Assembly (NCBI GenBank): GCA_046484745.1
Contig: JAWOIJ010000024.1
Span: forward strand, 2,787 to 66,786
Reading direction: 5' to 3'
Source: Desulfobacterales bacterium
Lineage (GTDB): Bacteria > Desulfobacterota > Desulfobacteria > Desulfobacterales > SURF-7
DNA length: 64,000 nt
Shown: piece by piece, positions 29,906-39,900 of the stretch
Numbering within the stretch: the stretch's first letter is position 1
Layout of the letters: every line of letters starts with the position of its first letter
Notes under the pieces: generated by a model
What the model saw: the letters and a program-made list of their open reading frames with translations, nothing else
Database searches by the model: none
What the model was told of the DNA's origin: nothing
Translations under genes and position numbers: made by a program

Positions 29906-30158
29906 AATCGTTTCTCCTTTTTACCCTTTTGTTCCGTCATTCCTGATAAATTTTATCGAAGATTGAGGAACGATTTTAATAAGCAACAATCCTCTGATTT
30001 ATCTAAGTTATTCCTATAACTTATAAAGGCAAGCCATGTCAAATACAATTTATTTTTTTGTACGTGAAAAGGAAGTCATTCCTGTCCGGTTTGTGCCCAT
30101 GATGAGAAAAGACGGCAAAAAATATTAAAAACAGATCTCGTTCTGCCGGCCAATTGAA

Positions 30159-31199
30159 TTATCTCCTGTTTGCTTCAACCTTCGGGTCCATGACAGACCG
30201 CCACAAGGGAGGAACCGCTGCCAGGAGGATCATTCCTGCGTAACCGGTCGGCAGTTGAGGGCTTTCATCGTGGTGCCGCAGCACCTGGTACCGGCGTCCG
30301 GGCTTATAATGGTGATCGGAGTGCCGCTGAAGATTGAACAAGAAACGGTTGGTCAACCAGTTGCTGGAGTTCCAGGAATGTCGGGGTTTTACCGGTTCAT
30401 ATCTGTTCTCTCCGGACTGTTTTCGCAAAAGCCCGTAATGCTCGATATAGTTCACAATTTCCAGCAGGGTGATGGCGATCGCCGCCTGCAGGATCCAGTA
30501 TGTCAGCGCGAGCCCGCCAAAAACCAGGGCGACAAGGAACAGCAGGGAGGTCTGGACAAAAAGCGCAACAGCGATTCGATTGTCCGGACTCCAGGCCGGT
30601 TTTCCGATCTTCCTCAGCCGGTCAGCCTCAAACGACCAGGCGCTGTTAAATCCATCGAAAACGGTCCTTGGCAGGAATCGGTAAAAAGACTCTTCAAATC
30701 GTGCGGTTGCCGGATCTTCAGGGGTGGCGACCATGCGATGATGACCCACTACATGCTCCAGACCCCAATGCATGTACAAAACGCTCCAAAGCATGATCCG
30801 GGAAAGGACCGGTTCTATTTTTGTATTCACCCGATGGGCAAGTTCATGAGCTACGTTGATCCCCAATACACCGGATGACGTTCCCATGGAAAAAATGAAT
30901 CCGCAAAGTTCGAGAAAGGCAAGCTCTTTATAAGCAACGACATAGGAGCCCCAGAATACCAGACCGATCTGGACAGGTGCGCAAAACCAGGTTGCAAGAC
31001 GGTATCCGAATACTTCTTCCATCTCCCGGGTCCGGTCCTCCGGAATATTTCCGGTGTCTTTTCCGATCACGATGTCCAGAAGCGGAACGATCAAAAAAAC
31101 AAACGCCGGTGTCAGAAAGGTGTAGACACCCCCTACCATATACCCTGCAATGACACTGAACGGAACTAGGTAAACCAGATAAAATGACAAAATATCCAC
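30159..31199 (-). CDS. alkB: Alkane 1-monooxygenase (AlkB family)
   Basis: All four His boxes present: HELAH, EHVVGHH, NYIEHYG, LQRHSDHH; PQLPTGY; SD AAGGAG. Confidence 0.92.
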   Translation of the reverse strand: MDILSFYLVYLVPFSVIAGYMVGGVYTFLTPAFVFLIVPLLDIVIGKDTGNIPEDRTREMEEVFGYRLATWFCAPVQIGLVFWGSYVVAYKELAFLELCGFIFSMGTSSGVLGINVAHELAHRVNTKIEPVLSRIMLWSVLYMHWGLEHVVGHHRMVATPEDPATARFEESFYRFLPRTVFDGFNSAWSFEADRLRKIGKPAWSPDNRIAVALFVQTSLLFLVALVFGGLALTYWILQAAIAITLLEIVNYIEHYGLLRKQSGENRYEPVKPRHSWNSSNWLTNRFLFNLQRHSDHHYKPGRRYQVLRHHDESPQLPTGYAGMILLAAVPPLWRSVMDPKVEANRR

Positions 31200-31254
31200 G
31201 ATATCTCCTTATGGTTGACTGATTGACGGCAGAACCGGCCCTTGCCATGGGAGT

Positions 31255-31283
31255 ATTATATTGTCGACAATCGACCATTGCAA
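31255..31283 (-). promoter_or_regulatory. sigma70 promoter of alkB with an internal palindromic operator
   Basis: TTGCAA-17 nt-TATAAT on the minus strand; ATTGTCGACAAT palindrome at 31260-31271. Confidence 0.7.
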
Positions 31284-31433
31284 CACGGAATTTGAAAATA
31301 TACAGTTCACTTCAGAAGGAAAATTCGATTCGCCTTAACGTTTCGATTCCCGTATCACCATACCGGAAAGCGAAGAAAAATATAAAAACGATCTGGATTT
31401 AAGATTGGAGCGGTTTGTAAAGACGCTCGATGG

Positions 31434-31824
31434 TTAATTGGGTTTTCGCGTGATATTGTATTTCTTCATCAGACCATAAAGGCGGGAACGTGAAAGTCCG
31501 GAAATCCTGCATGCTTCCTGTATATTGCCATTGATGGAAGCGATAAGTTTTTCAAGATACTCCTGTTCAAGGGAATTCAAGCCGGTTTCTCTGTATGATT
31601 TCGGGAGAAGATGGCGCTTCACGAAATTTTGCAAGGCTTTCCAATCCATCGCCATCAGGCATTCGTACATCCAGATAAACCACATCGTAATCATTCGAGT
31701 TGACCTCTTTAAGGCCTTCCTGGATACTTTGACGGCATTCCACTTCATGACCCGTTCGAAGTATCGCCCGGGACAGCGCATCATTCATTATTTTATCGTC
31801 ATCTACAATCAGTATCCGTGACAC
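31434..31824 (-). pseudogene. NtrC-family response regulator relic (REC N-terminus + Fis HTH, AAA+ deleted, out of frame)
   Basis: One frame gives RILIVDDD..LDVRMPDGDG..PEII; another gives LEQEYL..GNIQEACRISGLSRSRLYGLMKKY; junction near 31594. Confidence 0.8.
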
Positions 31825-32207
31825 CGGCTCTTTTTTCCTCAGGTTGTGGTTTTTCCAGAATTCGAGTGTCCAATAATATAGAATTTGTTATCATTTTGCA
31901 ATCCTGTTTTTTTTTGCCATGATTTCCTGAGTTTGTACAGGATCAAAACAAACCAGAATTTAAAATTGATTCATAAGCGGATTTAAAAATTCAAAAAAAA
32001 CTTGCTTTTACCTTCAAATTCGTTTTATATGACCACATGGTCACTTTTTTTAAAACAACATACAACCTGAATTCATTGAATGCGATTTCTTCAACAAGCG
32101 TGCAAATCAAAGGACCATGATCCGATACAGAATATAGATGAAAAAATAACGTTTTTTTGTGGATCCGCTTACAGTTGCAAACACGGAAAACAACAGTGGT
32201 GTTATCA

Positions 32208-33845
32208 ATGAAAAACAATAACGGAATCGGCTGGTGGAAAAGCAGCGGCAACCGTCCTTTAGAGGGCGATCAGGCCATGAAAGACGCACTCATGCAGGTC
32301 ACGAAACCATTGTTTCTGGTCAGTCTGAATGGCGGCTACGGAGTTACACACAGTGGAACGGCGATCATTGGAAATGAGATGGAACCGGATAAGGGATGTC
32401 ATCCTCTGAAGGCGTATGCGCCATCTCTTGATCCATCCGAACTCGGAGACTCGCAATTTAAAAAAAGGTTCAACCTGCGGTATGCCTATATAGCCGGAGC
32501 GATGGCAAATGGAATTGCTTCGGTTGAGATGGTGGAAGCTGCCGGCAACGCGGGAATGCTCGGTTTTTTTGGGGCCGGGGGCCTGTCAATCGATCAGATT
32601 GCAAAAGCCATCGACAGCCTTCAGGAGAGGATGGGAGATCGATCTTATGGAATCAACCTCATACACAGCCCCAATGAGCCTGAGCTTGAATTCGAAACCG
32701 TCAAGCTGTATCTTGACCGGAAGGTGAGACTGGTCAGCGCGGCTGCTTATATGAGACTTACACTTCCGCTGGTTTATTACCGAATCAAAGGAATTTATCA
32801 GAATGCAGACGGTAAAATCATCTGCCCCAATAAAGTGATTGCAAAAATTTCGAGAATTGAGGTCGCAAAACACTTTTTTTCACCGCCGCCTGAAAAAATC
32901 CTCAAGCAGCTGCTCGAAAAAAATATGATATCAAACGAAGAGGCAAAACTGGCGCGTCTTGTACCGGTTGCCGATACCATGACCGCAGAAGCCGATTCAG
33001 GGGGGCATACGGATAACCGGCCTGCCCTCGCACTCCTTCCGACGATTTGCGCGTTGAGAAATGAAATGGCCGGAGAATATGCATACCCCTTCCCTCTTTT
33101 TGTAGGACTCGGAGGCGGAATCGCGACACCTGAATCAGCGGCTGCGGCATTTGCCATGGGAGCTTCCTATGTGCTCACGGGAACGATAAATCAATCCTGC
33201 GTTGAATCCGGAACCTCGGAAATGGTTCGGAATATGCTCGCCGAGGCAGGTCAGGCCGACATTACCATGGCGCCTGCCGCAGACATGTTCCAGATGGGAG
33301 TCAAGGTTCAGGTTTTAAAACGCGGCACCATGTTTCCGGTCAGGGCCTCAAAGCTATACGAGCTCTATACGAAATATGAAAGTTTTGACGATATCCCGGA
33401 GAAAGATCGGATAACGCTTGAAAAAAACTTTTTTAAATGCAGCTTTCAGGAAGAATGGGAACAGACAAAAAAATTTTTTATGATTCGGGATCCAAGACAG
33501 GTTACGAGAGCGGAATCCGAACCAAAACATCAAATGGCTCTTGTGTTCAGATCATACCTGGGCCGTTCCTCCAATTGGGCTGTATCCGGTGACCCTTCCC
33601 GAACAATTGATTACCAGGTCTGGTGTGGACCGGCTATCGGAGCGTTTAACGAATGGGTAAAAGGCTCTTTTCTTGAAAAACCGGAAAATCGGAAAACCGC
33701 TGTTGTAGCCATGAACATTTTATTGGGCGCATCTTTTTTTACCCGGTTGAACTGGCTTCGGAACCAGGGAATAAATTTCCCGGACAATTTCTGTAAGTTT
33801 GAGCCCATGCAGGATGATGAAATAAAAAAATTGCTGAACCAGTAG
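32208..33845 (+). CDS. pfaD: PfaD family enoyl reductase
   Basis: GAMANGI, AEADSGGHTDN, APAADMF, QVLKRG, DYQVWCGPAIGAFN. Confidence 0.93.
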   Translation: MKNNNGIGWWKSSGNRPLEGDQAMKDALMQVTKPLFLVSLNGGYGVTHSGTAIIGNEMEPDKGCHPLKAYAPSLDPSELGDSQFKKRFNLRYAYIAGAMANGIASVEMVEAAGNAGMLGFFGAGGLSIDQIAKAIDSLQERMGDRSYGINLIHSPNEPELEFETVKLYLDRKVRLVSAAAYMRLTLPLVYYRIKGIYQNADGKIICPNKVIAKISRIEVAKHFFSPPPEKILKQLLEKNMISNEEAKLARLVPVADTMTAEADSGGHTDNRPALALLPTICALRNEMAGEYAYPFPLFVGLGGGIATPESAAAAFAMGASYVLTGTINQSCVESGTSEMVRNMLAEAGQADITMAPAADMFQMGVKVQVLKRGTMFPVRASKLYELYTKYESFDDIPEKDRITLEKNFFKCSFQEEWEQTKKFFMIRDPRQVTRAESEPKHQMALVFRSYLGRSSNWAVSGDPSRTIDYQVWCGPAIGAFNEWVKGSFLEKPENRKTAVVAMNILLGASFFTRLNWLRNQGINFPDNFCKFEPMQDDEIKKLLNQ

Positions 33846-33920
33846 TCAAGAGAAATAAAAGGCCCGGAACGCTTTAACCGATAAACCAAAATAATAACCT
33901 CAGGTATGGTAGAGTTAACC

Positions 33921-36900
33921 ATGAGCAAGAAAAAAAAACAAAGCCAGTCGGTCGCAATAATTGGGATGGGGTGCATCTTCCCGAAAGCTCGAGACATCAA
34001 GGAATTCTGGAGATTGCTGTTCAAGGGTGAGGATGGAATTACCGAAATCCCCGAAACCCATTGGTCTGTGAAAGACTATTACCATAAAGATCCCAAACAT
34101 CCGGATCACACCTACTGCAGGAGAGGCGGTTTTATTCCTCCCATTTCATACGACCCGGCCGAATTCGGGATTCCTCCGAACACATTGGAAGCAACCGATA
34201 CATCACAGCTTCTCAGCCTTGTGATAGCCAAAAAAGCGCTCGAGGATGCGGGCTACGGTTCTGATCGAAAATTCAACCATGAAAAAACCAGTGTAATACT
34301 GGGAGCAACCGGCACACAGGAGCTTGTTATACCTCTTGGCGCAAGGCTGGGTCATCCCATATGGCGAAAGGCCCTTCTGGATTCCGGTGTTGCACAGGAC
34401 CAGGCTGAAGAGGTAATCGAAAGAATCTCAAAATCATATGTTCCCTGGCAGGAAAATTCTTTTCCAGGGCTGCTGGGAAACGTGATCGCCGGGAGGATTA
34501 CAAACCGTTTGGATCTGGGGGGCACCAACTGCGTAGTGGATGCTGCATGCGCAAGTTCAATGGGTGCCGTCAATCTGGCGATGCTGGAGCTGCTCAGCGG
34601 CAGATGTGACATGACGGTAACCGGAGGCGTTGATACATTAAACGATATTTTTATGCACATGTGCTTTTCACAGACCGGAGTTCTCTCCCATACCAGCGAT
34701 GCCAAGCCTTTTTCCGAAGACGCAGACGGTACGGTTCTGGGAGAGGGTATCGGACTGCTTGTCATGAAAAGGCTGCAAGACGCGGAAAAAGATGGTGACC
34801 GGATATACGCGGTAATCAAATCCATTGGGTCATCCAGTGACGGCAAATCCCAAAGCATATATGCGCCCAATGCCGCAGGACAGGCAAAAGCGCTCCGTAT
34901 GGCCTATCAGGAAGCCGATGTTACACCCGGAACCATCGAACTGATCGAGGCGCATGGGACAGGAACCCGGGTTGGTGATGCGGTCGAGTTTTCAGCCTTA
35001 AAAGAGGTGTTCGCCGAGTACGGAAACAAAGAAAACAAATGCGCGCTGGGCTCCGTAAAATCAAGCATCGGTCACGCCAAAGCTGCGGCAGGAGCAGCGG
35101 GTTTGATCAAGGCCGCGCTTGCGCTGCATCATAAAGTGCTTCCTGCAACCTTGAAAGCGGAAAAACCCGATCCAAAACTCAATATTCATGAATCGCCATT
35201 TTATCTGAACATCTCAACCCGCCCATGGATCTCTCACAAAGATCATCCCCGCCGTTCCGGTGTCAGTGCCTTTGGATTCGGAGGCAGCAACTATCATGTC
35301 GTGCTGGAAGAATACAAGCCCGGAAAACAGGAACCATCATGGGATGGAACCGTTGCGATTTCAGCCATATCCGGCTCGAGCCGAAATAATATTATTGCAT
35401 CACTGGAAGATCTTTTAAAAAATATAGAACAAATTTCAACCTTCGAAGAAATCATCCTGGCAACATCAAAAAACAATGCGCTTTTTTCCGCTAAAGAAGA
35501 TTACCGGCTTCTCATTGTTTTAGAACGCCCGGAACAGCATGACAAGCAGACAGAATCCACTCTTGAAATTCTGCAGCAGGCCCTCAACCTTCTCAAAAAG
35601 GAAGATGCCGAAAGTTTCTCCGTGAACAACATCTATTTCCGTGGACCCCGAAAAAAAGGCGGGCTCGCCTTTTTTTTCCCCGGCCAGGGCAGCCAGTATA
35701 CCGACATGGGAAAAGATCTGATATCGATTTTTCCCGAGGCGTTGGACATCATGGAAAAAGCAAACCTTGAACACCGGGCTGCCGCGGGCGACAAAACTGC
35801 ACGTTTAAGCGATCTGGTTTACCCGCTTCCTTTTACGGACAGGAAAGCAAATGAGGAAAAACTCCGATCAACCGACACGGTACAGCCTGCCATAGGAGCC
35901 ATCAGCCTCGGGATGCTTAAAATTCTTGAAAGATTCGGGGTTCAACCGGATGCGGTTGGCGGCCATAGTTTTGGAGAACTGACCGCGCTTTGCGCTTCCG
36001 GAAGAATCGATGAGGACACGTTTCTATCTCTTGCCGCGAAACGCGGAAAATATATGGCATCTGCAGGAAACGGTGACACGACAATGCTTGCGGTGAAAGC
36101 ACCTCTTCAGGAGTTGGAAAATCTGATACAGGAAAACAATCTGGATGTTGTTCTCGCCAATCGGAACGCACCTGCGCAGGGTGTTCTTTCCGGCAGCACG
36201 AATGCCATTCATGAAGCGCAAAAAATATGCAAAGAAAAAGGATTTCGCTCCGTACTTCTCCCTGTTGCCGCGGCATTTCACAGCAGGCATGTCGACAAGG
36301 CAGCGAAACCTTTCAAGCAGGCCGTCCAGTCAGCGACCATCAAGCCGTCACCGATTCCGGTTTACTCCAATACAACCGGTTCCCCCTATCCGGATGATTC
36401 CCAAAAAGCCGCGGAAATCCTGGGTGAACATCTTTTAAATCCGGTAAATTTCATAACGGAAATTGAAAACCTGTATCAATCCGGTGTTCGATCCTTTATG
36501 GAGATCGGTCCAAAGCCTGTTCTTTCGGGTCTTATTGATTCAATCCTGGCTGGTAAAGAGTTCAATACGATTTCCATGGACAGCTCTTCCGGGAAAAAAT
36601 CCGGGCTATTCGATCTGGCGCACGCACTTTGCCGGCTTGCTGCGGAAGGGTATGAGATCGATCTTTCCAAATGGGAAAATCCCATGACAGCGCCCAAAAA
36701 ACAGAAAATGAGCATACCGATCACCGGGGCAAACTACCGATCGGATTATACGCAAAAACCGCCAAAGCCCAAAATGGCCGCACAAGACGCTTTTGTGAGT
36801 CCAGCCGCGGTCAAACCGCCTGAAGTTCAGAAAAGCAAAACCATCCCAAGCGCTGTCACACCGGAATCCGCTTCCGGCGCAACGACTTTTCAGAAAAAAC

Positions 36901-39900
36901 CTGCTGGAATTCCGAACGAACCGGAAAAGGCGGCCCGGGCTTCCGCATCCAACACCGACGTCATCGCAGAAGCCTTGAAAGTTGTTTCAGAAAGCCTGAA
37001 ATCCATGCAGGCCCTTCAAACCCAGACAGCCGAAACGCATAAAAAATTTCTGGAGACGCAATCGGACGCGAGCCGCAATCTTCAGAAAATGATGGACAGA
37101 ACCCGCAGCCTGGCAGAGGCGTCCCTGGGATTTCGGCCGATGCTGCCGGAAACCGGATACTTACAGACAGCTCCGCCCGCTGATCTCCTGTCGGAAAAAA
37201 CAGAACATTTCATAACTGAAACCATTTTAGAAACCACCGCCCCCTCTTCCCATCGATCTTATCATGAGATATCGGCCGCTGAAAAAACCGATCTCACGCG
37301 TGTTGACAGTGAGGATATTAAAAGCAATATATTGGATGTTGTCAGTGAGCTGACCGGCTATCCGGTAGAAATGCTTGAGACCGATATGGATATCGAAGCC
37401 GATCTTGGGATCGATTCCATTAAACGGGTTGAAATCCTGTCAACCCTGGAAGAAAAGCTGCCGAATATCGGTCCGATCTCACCGGAAATGCTCGGAGAGA
37501 TGAAAACCCTTGGTCAAATCATCGATTATCTCTCTCAAACAAACGGAAAAACCCCTCCGGCTCCTGAAACCCTTGAAACCGCCTCAACACATTCCAGAAA
37601 AAAAATGGAAATCGCCATGCTTCAGGTTGTCAGCGAACTGACCGGATACCCCGTGGAAATGCTGGAACCGGACATGGATATCGAGGCGGATCTCGGCATT
37701 GACTCGATCAAGCGGGTTGAAATTCTTTCCGCGTTTGAGGAAAAAATGCCCGGACTGCCGCTGATTTCAACTGAGATTATGGGAGAACTCAAAACACTCG
37801 GGCAGATCATCGACTACCTTGCGGAACTTTCCGGAACCGGCCAGACCGAGGTCTCTGCTGCTGCCGCCTCCCCAGGTTCCCGCGACAAAATGGAGCAGAC
37901 CATGCTTCAGGTTGTCAGCGAACTGACCGGATACCCCTTGGAAATGCTGGAACCGGACATGGATATCGAGGCGGATCTCGGCATTGACTCAATCAAGCGG
38001 GTTGAAATTCTTTCCGCGTTTGAGGAAAAAATGCCCGGACTGCCGCCGATTTCAACTGAGATTATGGGAGAACTCAAAACACTCGGGCAAATCATCGATT
38101 ATCTTGCGAAACTTTCCGGAACCGGCCGGACCGAGGTCTCTGCTGCTGCCGCCTCCCCAGGTTCCCGCGACAAAATGGAGCAGACCATGCTTCAGGTTGT
38201 CAGCGAACTGACCGGATACCCCTTGGAAATGCTGGAACCGGACATGGATATCGAGGCGGATCTCGGCATTGACTCGATCAAGCGGGTTGAAATTCTTTCC
38301 GCGTTTGAGGAAAAAATGCCCGGACTGCCGCCGATTTCAACTGAGATTATGGGAGAACTCAAAACACTCGGGCAGATCATCGATTATCTTGCGAAACTTT
38401 CCGGAACCGGCCGGACCGAGGTCTCTGCTGCTGCCGCCTCCCCAGGTTCCCGCGACAAAATGGAGCAGACCATGCTTCAGGTTGTCAGCGAACTGACCGG
38501 ATATCCCGTGGAAATGCTGGAACCGGACATGGATATCGAGGCGGATCTCGGCATTGACTCGATCAAGCGGGTTGAAATTCTTTCCGCGTTTGAGGAAAAA
38601 ATGCCCGGACTGCCGCCGATTTCAACTGAGATTATGGGAGAACTCAAAACACTCGGGCAGATCATCGACTACCTTGCGGAACTTTCCGGTACACCCAAAC
38701 CGGACAAGAATCTCCAGATGGATCATGGCGAAGATTCTTCTCTTGATGTTTCATATACTTATCCATCAGAATTTAAAGAACAACATGAAGTTGATCTGGA
38801 AGATGTTGAACGTCAGGTTGTCTCCCTTGTCGAGAAACCCTTCAACAGGGGTCGGCAACTTATTGTTCCAAAAGATCGAATTGTTTATATCCTGGATGAT
38901 CAAACCGGTCTTGGAAAAGAGATTGCCTTTGTGCTTGAAAACCGGGATATCCGGACCGAATTGATACCCGGAGATCTGTTTGCGGATACTGAAAGCCTGA
39001 AAGACAACCTGCGCAATGCGGGCGGGCTGATCCTGATACCGGATGTCGATCTTCTAACAGACAAATTCAATCAGAAAACCATCTGGAACGAAAAAGATGT
39101 GCAGTTTCTGAAAAATTCATTTATTGCGGCAAGCCTGGCTGCAAAAGATATCATCCATTCCGCATCCAATGGAGGGGGCCTTTTGACAACGATAACCCGT
39201 CTTGACGGCTGTTTGGGTTTTTCCGGAAAGGGAGTACTACACCCCATTCAGGGAGGACTTGCCGGTCTTGTAAAGACAGCTTCCATGGAATGGGAAAATG
39301 TTTGTTGCCACGCGATCGATATCGCTCCTGCCTGGAAAGATAACAAAGAAGCTGCTCTGGCCGCGGTCGATGAAATCTTGAACCCTGGTCCAGTTGAAGT
39401 CGGACTGGATAAAAATTCACGATATCTGCTCATGCTGGCCCCATCGACTTCTCCGGAAGGAAAAATCCTGCTCAATGAAAAGGATGTGGTACTTGTAACA
39501 GGAGGTGCAAGAGGCGTGACCGCTGCCTGTTCATATACACTGGCAAAGCATGCCAAACCAACCATTATTTTGATGGGTCGCTCCCCCCTGCCCGCTCCGG
39601 AGCCCCATTGGCTCGAAGGGATAACCGACGAAGCCGCGATCAAAAAATCCATTATTCAAAATGAATTTTCCGGGCAGAAAGTAACGCCCGTACAAGTTGA
39701 CAGTGTATTCAATAAATATATGGCCGGCCGTGAAATCATGAAAAACCTCTCCCGGTTGAAATCAACCGGAGCAACCGTTGACTATATATCGCTTGATGTT
39801 CGAAATTCGGACTCCGTCATTTCCGTGCTCGAAGAGATCCGAAACAATTACGGCCCGATTCGGGGGCTGATTCATGGTGCCGGTGTTCTGGAAGATCGAT

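Noticed and set aside
37615-38689. Long tandem repeat as CRISPR or mobile element
   Set aside because: 285-bp in-frame units encode ACP domains; no spacers or cas genes
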